The notes beneath the pieces are model-generated. The model searched no databases. It was not told where the DNA came from and worked only from the letters and a program-made list of their open reading frames with translations. A DNA stretch of 64,000 bases from Camelus ferus. Taxonomy: Eukaryota. The stretch's first letter is position 1. Every line of letters begins with the position of its first letter. The position numbers and the translations under genes were made by a program. Positions 50,683-61,747 of this stretch are shown one piece after another. The stretch lies in NCBI RefSeq assembly GCF_009834535.1, contig NC_045698.1, forward strand, positions 1,552,001 through 1,616,000, read 5' to 3'.

Positions 50683-53014
50683 AAGGCACACCTTGCTTTA
50701 CTGTGCTTCACAGATACCGCATTTTTCACCAATTGAAGGTTTTGCTGCAACGCTGTGTGGAGTAAGTCTACTGGCATCATGTTTTCAACAGCATTTGCTT
50801 CCTTCATGTCTCTGTCACATTATGATAATTCTCACAATATTTAAAACTTGATCGTCAACATTATATTTGTTACGCTGATCTGTGATTGGCAATCTTTGCC
50901 GTTAGTGTTATAAAAGTTTCGGGGCACCAGGAACCGTGCCTGCATAAGATGACAAACTTCACTGATAAATGTGTGGTGCGTCCTGACCGCTCCCCATCTT
51001 GCTCCCTTTCCTCAGGCCTCCCAATTCCCTGAGACATGCGACACTGAACTTTGGCCGGTTAATAATCCTCCAGCGGCCTCTAAGTGTTCAAGTGGAAGGC
51101 AGAGCTGTGCGTCTCCCACTTGAAAGTAAAAGCTAGAGACTCAGCTCAGTGAGGAAGGCACGCCGAAAGCCGAGACAGGCTGAAAGCCAGGCCTCTTGTG
51201 CCAAATATTTAGTCAAGTTGTAAATGCAAAGGAATAGCCCTTGAATGAAATTAAAAATGCTACTCCAGCGAACGCGGGGATGATGAGAAAGTGAAACCGC
51301 TTATTGCTGCTAAGGAGAAAGCTGGAGTGTTCTGGATAGAAGATCAAAACAGCCACAAGATTCTCATAAGCCAAAGCCTAATCCAGAGCAAGGCTCCAGC
51401 TCTCTTTAATTCTGCAAAGGCTGAGGGAGGTGAGGAAGCTGCAGAAGAACAGCTGCGCCAGCCGAGGTTGGTGGGTTCATGGTATTTAAGGAAAGAAGCC
51501 GTCTCCACAACATCACAGTACAAGTGAGGCAGCCCGGTGTTCAGACCAGCTCAGACAATTCATAAAGGTAACTGCGCTGAATGACGTATTTTCAATGACA
51601 AAACAGCCTCTGTTGGAAGAAGATGCCGTCTAGGCCTCTCACAGTTAGAGATGTCAGTGTCTGGCTGCAAAGATTCAAAGGTCAGTCTGACTCTTTTGTT
51701 CTGGGCTGCATAAGATGGTGACTTGAAGTCGAAGCTGGTGCTCCTTTCCCATTCGAAAAATCCTAGGGCCCTTAAGAACGATGCTAAATCAACTCTGCCT
51801 CTACTCTGTAGATGGAGCAACAGAGCCTGGAGGATGCCACATCAGTTGACACGGTTTACTAATTTTTTTAAGTCCACTGTTGAGACCTACTGCTCAGAAA
51901 AAAAGATTCCTTTAAAAAAAATCACTTCCTATTGAAATGTTCCTGGTCAGCCAAGAGCTCTGATGGAGATCTGCAATGAGATTAATGTTGTTTGGATGCT
52001 GCTAAAACAACATCCATATTGTAGTCCATGCATGGGTCACGGAGTAATTTCCACTTTTAAGTCTTATTATTTAAGAAGTGCATTTAATAAGGGTATAGCT
52101 TCCATAGTCAGTGATTCCTATGATGGATCTGGGTAAAAGTACATTGAAAACCTTCTTGAAAGAGTCGTGAACCGAGATGCCACTGAAAACAGTCATGATT
52201 CATGGGAAGAGGTCAAAATATTGGCCTTAACAGGAGTTTGGAAGAAGTTGATTCCAACCCTCATGGAAGACTTTGAGGGGTTCAAGACTTCAGTGGAGGA
52301 CGTCACTGAAGGTGTGGTAGAAACAGCTAGAGAACCAGAATTAGACATGGACCCTAAAGATGTGACTGAATTGCTACAATCTCAAGATAAAACATTAACA
52401 CATGAGGAGGTGCTTCTTATGGATGAACAGAGAAGGTAGTTTCTTGAGAGGTAATCTACCCTTGGTGAAGATGCTGTGACAATTGCTGAGGTGACAACAA
52501 AGAATTTAGAATGGGACATAAACTTAGTTGATAAAACAGCAGCAGGGTTTGAGAGAACTGACTCCAATTTTGAAAAAAGTTCTACTGTGGGTAAAATGCT
52601 ATCAAAAAGCACTGCCTGCTACAGAGAAATCATTCATAAAAGGAAGAGTCAATCAATGGGGCAAATTTTATTATTGTCTTGTTTTAAGAAACTTCCACAG
52701 ACACTCCAGCCTTCAGTCAGCACTGCCCTGATCAGTCAGCAGCCATCAGCATTCAGGCAAGACCCTTCACCAGTAAAAAGATCATGACTTGCTGAAGGCT
52801 TAGATAAGGGTTATCATTTTGGGGCAATATTTTTAATTAAGATGTGCATTTTTTTAAACATAATGCTATTGTACACTTAATATAATAGTACAGTATAAAA
52901 ATAACTTTAATATGCACTGGGAGACCAAAACCTCTGTGTGACTTGCTATATTGTGATATTCACTTTACTGCAGTGGTTAAAAACCAAACCCACAATATCT
53001 CTGAGGTATACCCA
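50683..53014 (+). mobile_element. Tigger1 (pogo/Tc1-mariner) DNA transposon, near full length (~2.33 kb), transposase inactivated
   Basis: Degenerate TIRs aaggcacacctt (50683) and ctgaggtataccca+TA (53001-53016). Transposase fragments WIEDQNSH..SQSLIQSKA, HSKNPRALKN.AKSTLP, DSWEEVKI..LTGVWKKLIPTLMEDFEGFKTSVE and [22 protein letters not shown]. Confidence 0.97.
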
Positions 53015-55971
53015 TAAACAGATGGAGAAAAACATACCACACTAATACTAATCAAAATAAAGTATGGGTGGCTATATTAATTTAAGACAGAATGAACTTC
53101 AAAGCAAAAAACAAAAAAGTTATCAGGAATAAAGAAGGGCATTTCATACTGATAAAGAGGTCAATTCACCAAAGAAGACACAAAACTCCTTAACATGTAT
53201 GTACCAAAAACAGAGCATCAGACTACATGAGAAAAAAGCCAACAGAACTACAAGGAGAAATAGATGAATCCACTATCATAGTTGGAGATTTCAACCTCTT
53301 TCTATCACAGATGGACAGACCCAGCAGGCAGAAAATCAGTAAGGACGCAGTTGTGCTCAACACCACCATCCATCAACTGGACATAATTGACGTCTATAGA
53401 CTGCTTTATCCAGAGGCAGCAAGTCACACCTTCTTCTCAAGCTTACATGGAACATTCACCAAGATAGACCCCACTGGGCCATAAAACATGCTTTTAAAAT
53501 TTAAAAGAACACATTGGAATTGACCTAGAAAGAAATAACAGAAAGATAGCTGGGAAATCCCATAATACATGGATATTAAACAGCACACTTCTGAATAGCA
53601 CATGGGTAGAAGAAGAAATCTCAAGAGTAAAAAAATAATTTGAACTAAATGAGAAAGAAAATACAGCTTATCAAAGTTTATGGGATGTGATGAAAGCAGT
53701 ATTTAGGGGGAAATTTACAACATTGAATTCATGTATTAGAAAGAAAAAAGATCCAAAATCAATCATCTAAATGTCCATCTTAGGAAAGAAAAATAAAAGC
53801 AAATTAAATCCAAAGTAAACAAAAGAAAATAAATAAGGAGAATTGGAACAGAAATCAATACATTGAAAACAGGAAGTCAATAGATAAAACCATGAAACCA
53901 AAGCTACAAAATCAATCAATGAAACCAAAAACTACTTCTTTGAAAAGTTTAGTAAAATCAATAAACCTCTAGCCATTTTTCCAAACAGAAAGCGCCAGAC
54001 CCAGATGTGTATATTGATGAATTCCACCAAACATTTAAGGAAAAAAATCTTACTAACTCTCTATGATCTCTTTCACATGAGAGAAGCAGAGGAAATACTT
54101 CCAACTAATTCTATGAGGCCAGACCCTAACACCAAACAAGACAAACACATTGCAAAAAAAGAAAACGGCAGACCAATATAGCTCATGAGCATAGATGCAA
54201 AACTCCTCAACAAAATAGCACCGAAATGAATCCAGCAGTGTGTGAAAAGATTAACACCACAGTCAAATGGAATTTATCTCAGTTATGCAGGGCTGCTTCA
54301 ACATTCAAAAGTCAATTACTGTAATACATCACACCAACAGGCTAAAAAAGAAAAATCACATGATTATATCAATAGATGGACAAAAAGCATTTGACAAAAT
54401 CCAACATCAATTCATGATAAAAACTCTCACTAAACTGGAGATAGAGGGAGATCTTCCTCAACTTGATAAAGAATATCTACAAAAACCCTACAATTAACAT
54501 TATACTTAAAGGTGAGAAACTTGAGGCTTTCCCAGTAACACCAGGAGCAAGGCAAGGATGTCCTCTCTCACCATTCCTTTCAACATCATAGAGTCCCTGC
54601 TAATGTAATAAGACAAGAAAAGAAAACAAAAACAGAGAGACTGGAAAGAAAAAAAAAATAAAATTGACATTGGTCATAGATGACATGATTGTGTATGTCA
54701 GTAATCTGAAGGAGTCAACCAAAACATCCCAGACTCAATAATCCATTAGAGCAAGTTTCAGGATATAGGGTTAATATACAAAATTTAATTGTTTTCCATT
54801 ATGTAAGCAATAAAGAAGTGGGATTTGAATTAAAAATACAATAATGTTACATTAACACCTCCCAGAATGAAATAGTTTGGTATAAAACAAAATATGTGTA
54901 AGATCTATATGAGAAAAATTATAAAACCGATGAATCAAATCAAAGAACTAAAATAAATGCAGAGATAGTCCTGTTTGTGGATAACAAAGAAACAAACAAA
55001 CAAAAAACCAAAAACTGGTTCTAACATTTATATGGAGAGGCCAAAAAACCCAGAATAGCCAACACAATATTGAAGGGGAAGAATAAAGTTACAGGGCTTC
55101 CAGTACTTAACTTCAAGACTTATTATAAAGCTGTTGTATCAGGATGACATGCTTCTTGATGAAACAATAGACAAATAGATGAATGGGACGTAGCAGAAGG
55201 GCCCCCAGAAGACCCACAGAACTACAGTCAACTGATCTTTGACAAAGGAGCAAAGGCAATATAATGGAGCAAAGGCAGTCTTTTCAACAAATGGCGCTGC
55301 AACAAGTGGACATCCACAAGTAGAAAAACGAGTCAGGACACAGACTATAAAGACTTCACAAAAATTAACTCAAAGTGCATCATAGACCTAATGTAAAACC
55401 CAAAATTATAAACTCCTAGAATACAACATAGGAGAAAAGCTGGATGGCTTCGGAAATGGTGATTTTCTAGACACAACACTGAAGGCACAATTCATGAAAG
55501 AAAAAATTCATAAGCTGGACTTGACTAAAATTAAGAATTGTGCTCCACAAAAGATGACGTCAGGAGAAGGAGAAGACAAGCCTCAGACTGGGAGAAAATA
55601 TCTGCCAAAGACACATCTGATGAAGGACTGTTACCAACATATATAAAGAACTCTGAAAACTCAACAATAAAAAATAAACAACTCAGTTTTAAAAAGCGGT
55701 CCAACAATCTTATCAGACACTTCACCAAAGAAGATATACAGATGGCAAGTAAGCATATGAAAAGGCACTCCGCCTCATGTGTCACCAGGAGATGCAAACT
55801 GAAACGAGAGCCCACTCCACACCTAGTAGAATGGCTGAGCTCTGGGACGCTGACACCAACACACTCTGGCTGGGTGCGGAGCAACAGGAACTCTCATTCT
55901 TTGCTGGTGGGAATGCAAAACCGTGCAGCCGCCTTGAACGATAGTTGGCAGTTTCTTATAAAAGTAACACA
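53015..55971 (+). mobile_element. L1MC-like element, ORF2 continuation (EN, RT, C-terminus), internally deleted and 3'-truncated
   Basis: ELQGEIDESTIIVGDFN (53227-53484), [17 protein letters not shown] (54267-54497), degraded FADD as VIDDMIVY (~54673-54696), WEKISAK..SDEGL and HFTKEDIQMASKHMKR. There is a jump in L1 collinearity near 53975. Confidence 0.95.
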
Positions 55972-56438
55972 GCCTCTTTGGAGGAGCCAGTCATTCTTCA
56001 GACTTCCCTCTCTTCCTCTGCCTCGCAAGATGGCACCTGGGTGTAGGGGTGGTCAGATGATCTCATGGTGGTGGAAATTTTTCCACGTCAGGTCCTTGTG
56101 CTGAAGTGTTTGATCCGGAGGACAGACTGATGCCCCCTAAGACACAAAAGCGCTGTCTGGCCAATTGGAGCAAGATATTGGCATTTTTCTCCAGAGTCAA
56201 CCTCTTGACTGTTCGCATTACCTCCAAGAGCTGTGTGGCCTCTCGTACCACCGCCCGTGCCTCAGCTCTCCTCACCTCCACACCCACCAGGTCACGTGAG
56301 AGCATCACAGGTGGCCAGGAGCTCCGCCACAGACTCGCCCTTCGGCCGCCGCCTCCTCCACCGCAATGTTGTGACGTGCCATGGGTGGGGCTCCTCCAAG
56401 GAGCGAGGCACCCACCGGACTGCGGCTGGACTCGCCAT
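55972..56438 (-). pseudogene. Decayed coding-like segment of unidentified parent (helical core plus basic NLS-like tail)
   Basis: ATG in gagATGG context at 56438. Reads MASPAAVRWVPRSLEEP..ESVAELLATCDAL / frameshift / RDLVGVEVRRAEARAVVREATQLLEVMRTVKRLTLEKNANILLQLARQRFCVLGG..PPP*DHLTTPTPRCHLARQRKRGKSEE*LAPPKR. In-frame TGA stops at 56063 and 55991. Confidence 0.5.
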
Positions 56439-56513
56439 CTCCCCCACACACCCTCTCCCTTCACTTACTCCTCCGGATAATCCCATTCCACGTCCTCTCT
56501 GGAGACGCTTGCG

Positions 56514-56521
56514 TGACGTCA
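56514..56521. promoter_or_regulatory. Perfect palindromic CRE (TGACGTCA)
   Basis: Directly visible, ~76 bp upstream of the minus-strand ATG at 56438. Confidence 0.45.
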
Positions 56522-59432
56522 ACGCCCTCCTCCCGGGCCTCGCGCTGAGAACACGTAGGACCTATTCTCTGCGTGGTGGAAGCGGCCCTGAGCTGGTGGG
56601 CCTGGCCTGGCCTGGTCAGACTTGATCAACCTGGACCCAGGGTTCACCCGGGGTGAAAACTCATGGCATAAATATGCAAAGTGCATCACTCTGATGCGGA
56701 GGACAAACCCGACCTCGCGTAAGAGTATGATTAAACACCGCCGTCCTCAGGCTGCCAGCGGCTGGTGGAACTCTCCAGACCAACATCCAGTTTGTGCGCC
56801 CATACCTGGCAGCGTGCTGCACTAACCAGCCACCGTCTGCCCTACTGGCTTTGTCATCGTGCGTCTAGCTTGTCCACCACTTGTGACACGAAATCACACC
56901 GGTGTATGGGTACTGATGTCTGTTACCGGAAGAGTGTTCTTTGCAAGAGCAGCACTTGTGGTCACTGCTTGCTGAAGTGCTCTCTGGGTTCCAGCCCCTC
57001 AGAGCAGACTGGCTTTGAGGCTCACCCCTGGTCACCCATCTTTGGTGTGGAGCACCATCATGGGGCTCCAAGGAGCCGAGCTCCTTGCAGAAGGTCAGGG
57101 AGCAGGAACGCAGCAAGCTGAGCGCTGGGCTGACTGACAGCTGGGTGCATTAACTCTCAAAAATACATTAGCATCCCGTGCGCACAGCCCTAAGGGTGAA
57201 ACTGCAGCGGAAGCTCCCCGGGTGCGCGGCGAGCATGTCACACAGCGGGGGACACCCCGAGCCAGGAGTGGCCCTGGCGAGGCCCGTACACCTGCCTCTT
57301 GCCTGCTCGCCTGTCTCGGGCGGAGCTGAGGGACAGCCCTGTGCCGTGTGGGTCTCGTCCTCATGACTCCACACACGCGTCTGACTGTTACAGAGACAAG
57401 TTTTTGGGCACTGACTAAAGACAGCAGCCTGGGCGTTTCAAGACTTTATGGTCTTTGTCAAGGATTCAGGATGCGGCAAAAATATCTTTTTGGGGGGAAG
57501 CAGTTAAATATTTACTCTATTGAAAAGAAAGGATTCGAACAACACAGGCATGGTGGCAGAATGACACAGGCACACGCACTCACGGAAGCACGTGCACAGA
57601 ACTGTCCAGGATGCCCCGGGCCCCGTGGGCTGTGCCCTGCCTGCAGGTGCCTGGGCACAAACGGCCTTTGATGTCAGACACTTATAATCACCACCACTGA
57701 GCGACACAACCGGTGGGCAGCACTGCCTGTTTACAGACATGCTTCTGGATTTTCTTGATCTGTTGCAATGGGCATATATCGCTTCTATAATCAGGAATAC
57801 ATGAAATCAGTTTCATTTTGAAAAAAGAAGGGAACCAATCACATAAAACTTCCAGCTTCTCCCACAGCTTATCCACGGCCAGTGGAATTCTAAATGACAC
57901 TTTCCCGGGGCAAACATCGCAACAATCACAAGAATTAGTGTGTTTTTTTTAAAGTATCCATAAGCATGCTTTTGAAAACTCCAGCCTGTCTGTGTGTCTG
58001 CAGGTGAGCTTCCAGGGCGGCCAAACTCTGCACTTCACTGAACAGCAAAGATGACGCGGCTTACTGAAAAGAGTGCTTCTCGGCCCCACTCTAATTCTTC
58101 CCTTTGTGGGACGTTGACCCCTGCTGTTGTGAAAGACAGACAGACAGCTAACCTCGCAGGCCCCTTCTTGGCTCATCAAACCTCTCGTTAACAATTAATT
58201 GGATCGGAAGTTCACAGGCCATCACTGCCCTGTCAGTCAGATGCGCGAGGCTCAGCGGCTGAAACGCAATGACCCATGCGGGTGATAAATAATTTCCAGC
58301 GGCGACTCGCCTTACTGCTCGGAGGGCACGGTCCTGGCCGTGGCTGGCGGCACCAGCTGCCCCCAGCGAGAACAGATGCGGTCTCCCTTATCAGCCGTGC
58401 TAATTTAAGCTCCGAAATCTAAAACGTGTGAAACACCATCTCGGGGCAAACCAGAGATGCGGCCGCTGAGTCCTAAGGCCTCACGCACGCCGCGGGCAGC
58501 TCACGGGAAGACGGAGTCCAGGGTTTGGCCGGCACTTGTCGGACTTGCTGACTTGGCTCTGGCTGCCTGGCGACGGGCAGATGTTTCGGGCTCCCTGACC
58601 CACCCTGTGTGTCACCCCAATGACACAGGACCCCCGTGTGCCGGTGTCACTGAGCTGATGGGTGAGAGGCCTTTCTAGTTTAACCGTTTATCTATGCCCC
58701 CTCTTCAGGGAGGGAGCAAACCTTCCTTAGGGCTGGAGGCTGAAATGTCATCGCATCTCGAAGACTGTCATTCCACTCCACACTCATTAGCCTCTCTGAT
58801 GGGCCAGGCTGCTCCGAGCCGACTGGGAGGCGTCTCGGCTAAAAATGAAGACAGAGTCAGCAAGTTTCATGCTCACCGAGGCAGGAGAAAGGCTGGTTTA
58901 TAAAAAGTCCTAAAGAAGAACACGAAATACAGGTCAGGGTTCACGTCCAACTTGGTGACTCGTTTCCAGCTCCCTCCTCTTTCCGAGCTCCTGGAGGGTG
59001 GGGAGTGTGTTCTTCTCACCTGATCTGCACTGGCAGACCCTGTTCAGGGCAAGCAGTCCGTGAAAATGCCCTGAAAAAATCAACTTGGAGTTGACCTAGG
59101 TGCAGGCAGGCAGTCGGTGCAGGCTGCCAAGATTCCTTGTGAAAACACGGGTCAGGTACTCTTTATTCAAAACCGGGCTGCATTTTATTGCGTATGGCAG
59201 AGGAGTGTTGTGCTGGGCAGGACGGCGCTCCCTGTCTGAGAACCCACGAGCCAGGGGGAGACGCTCTCAGGACTGATCCCACCGTCCCCCCATCACCGTG
59301 TGGACAGGCCAGCTCTGCTCTTCTGACCGAGAACCAAGAAGACGCAGTCTCTCCTGGTCCTTATTGCTACACCAAAGGCGACCACGCTCCTGGCCACACA
59401 CATGCCCCGCTGGCCCCTGGGACGTGGTTGGG

Positions 59433-59485
59433 CCTCCCGCACCCATGGGACCAGCTCCTCCCGCACCCATGGGACCAGCTCCTCC
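59433..59485. repeat. Perfect 24-bp tandem duplication
   Basis: cctcccgcacccatgggaccagct x2, followed by cctcc. Confidence 0.95.
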
Positions 59486-59649
59486 TCTCACTGTGGTTAA
59501 GCCTATATGGAGTGGGGGTCCAGCCTGACGAGGCTGGGAGAGGGGGCTGTGTTCCCCACTGTGCAGATGGCGGGGACCCTTCCCGTGTTCTGGACGCCTG
59601 TAGGGATGGCACTCCTCCCCCGGCTGGGAGTGGGGGACAGCCACTCCCA

Positions 59650-60197
59650 CCAGTGCCGGTCCACCTGCGATGGCCCCAGGTCTCCTGGACAAACATTACC
59701 CTGGGTGTGTCTGGGAGGGTGTGTCTGGATGTGATGAGCACTCACATGGCTGGACCCAGAGCAGATGGTCCTCCCCAGTGTGGGTGGGCCTCCTCCTGGC
59801 ATCTGAGGGACCAAACAGGACCAAAGCAGGGAAAGGAAGGCTTACTCTGCCTGACTCCTGAGCTGGGACACCGGACTTCTCCTGCCCCCAGGCTGGGACT
59901 TGCACCCACGGTTCTCCTGTTCCCAGGCCTTCAGACTAGCCTGGACCTACCCCACTGGCTGTCCTGGGTCTCCAATTTGCAGGTAGAAGATCTTGGGATT
60001 CTCAGCTTCCAAAACCACAGGAGCCAACTCTTAATAGTGAATCTGTCCAGCCAGCACCTGTCTGCTTGTCCATTTACAGGGTCACCCACCCACCCACCTT
60101 TCTACTGTCTGTTGTCCACGCACCTGTCATCTCCCTATGTATCCGTCACCTCCCTGTCTTCCCTTGGCTCTGCTTCTCCAGAGCCCCGGCCCACGCA
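59650..60197 (+). mobile_element. ERVL solo LTR (MLT2-like)
   Basis: aaacattaccctgggtgtgtctgggagggtgtgtctgga...agcagatggtcctccccagtgtgggtgggc...tgagctgggacac...cctgggtctccaatttgcag..agatcttgggattctcagcttcca...ttggctctgcttctccagag. Confidence 0.9.
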
Positions 60198-61597
60198 CCC
60201 TGGCCCCTTCCCGCACCACCGGCCCTGTTCTCCTTTTGACTCCGTGTCCTTCTGAAGAGCACCCCTCCCTCCCACGTCCCTCGCTGGTATCGGCGCAGAG
60301 TGTTGTGTTCATTTGTGAAAGGAAATAAATTCCAGCAGGAGAAGGAAGTCACACGGGGGCTGGTGCTGGGCAAGATGAGAGAGCTCTGATGAAGCAGTGT
60401 CAGCCCGCCGCCCTGCTGCCCGGGGAACCTAAGTCAGTCAGGAGGTCGGCTTCGCCCTGCGGCATCTGAGAGCAAGGCTGGGTGTGCTCCTGCCGCTGCA
60501 GGTGTCCACGACCTTCAGACGAGCCAAGCTCCTCCTCTCAGCTCTCGGACCCACGGCTCGCTCAGCACCTACGTCCCGGCTGGCGACCAGCATGCCGGCC
60601 TCCTGGGCGGCATCTCGCCACACGGAGACGAGGGTCATGTAGGACGGCCGCCAGCTCCAGGGGATCTGGAGCCAAGAGTCCCCAGAGCATGGAAATGGCA
60701 GCAAAAGCGGGCTTGCTGTGAGACCCCCTCTGCAGACGAGATGAGGACGCAAACCCGAAGGCAGAGCTGGGAGCTCCCGCGAGAGAAAGATCACAGCGGG
60801 TGCTGCCGACGTGTTTCCTCACTCCTTGCTCCGAATGGATGCGGCCGGGCGGGGGCTGTGGTCACCGGGGCGGGAGGGAGAGGAGCATGCCCACAGGAGG
60901 CCGGACAGACGCACGTGGCGGACGGAGCGTGGCAGCGGCGTCTGCAGCAGACGGTTCCCAGGGGGACCGAAGGCATCGCCTTGTGACTTCCTCCGCGGTG
61001 GTCGCCGAGTCGCGCTCGTGCACGGGCCCAGACACGCTGCTGTCTCACGGGGGCTGCGCTCACGGGAGTCAGCCTCGTGTGAACATGTCCCCGGGGACGG
61101 CTGGCTTCCAGTCAACATTCGTGGGGCCACACCCACGGTCACCCTGTCACAGGAAAGGGCAGCCCTGCCCGGGCGGAACGCCTCGGGGCGGCACGAAGCC
61201 CCGGCCAGCGCCCGCGCACCCGGCACGACCGGGCGGGACCCCGCGGGGTGCTGTGAGGGGCGCCCCACACGGGACGCCTGCCGTGGGAAGCCTCTGCTGT
61301 CGGCTCAGCGCTTCTCCTGTGCTTCCACTGCTTCACTCGTTTTCTCACTATTTTCACTGATAAGGCAAGCAGTGAATTTGTTTTTAATTAAATACACACA
61401 CCGTGGAGATGTTTACTTCACTCCTTCTCACTAAAAATCCAAACAGGTGCCTTGGTACATAAGTAGACGCTGAAGTTCAGGCAAGACTGCATTCTTGACT
61501 GCGTATTTCCTATTTGTTAAGACTTCAATTTAAAGCTTCTGGGTGAACCCTCACTTTATTTCTCATGTCAGAATGTGAGTGTCCACATTACAATCAG

Positions 61598-61747
61598 GCC
61601 CCCAGTCCCCCCAATGTTACAGCCGTGCTCCTGGTCCCCCCAATGTTACAGCCGTGCCCCTGGTCCCCCAATGTTACAGCCGTGCCCCTGGTCCCCCCAA
61701 TGTTACAGCCATGCCCCTGGTCCCCCTAATGCCACAGCCGTGCCCCC
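61598..61747. repeat. 28-29-bp minisatellite (gtccccccaatgttacagccgtgcccctg), ~5 copies
   Basis: Units start at 61605, 61634, 61663, 61691 and 61720. Confidence 0.95.

Noticed and set aside
51073..52787. Possible domesticated transposase gene (TIGD1-like)
   Set aside because: The start codon is lost, there are several stops and frameshifts, the catalytic motifs are damaged, and it sits with TIRs inside an L1. Dead Tigger1.
56106..56480. Plus-strand 124-aa ORF
   Set aside because: It reads like the antisense shadow of the more protein-like minus-strand frame and has a non-ATG start.
59188..60255. Longest ORF in the track (355 aa)
   Set aside because: It has a non-ATG start, runs through a 24-bp duplication and an MLT2 LTR, and shows no recognisable domain. 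Chance ORF in GC-rich repeat-derived DNA.
61598..61747. CRISPR-like array (also considered for 18779-18873)
   Set aside because: Head-to-tail tandem units without unique spacers, no cas genes, and a mammalian context.
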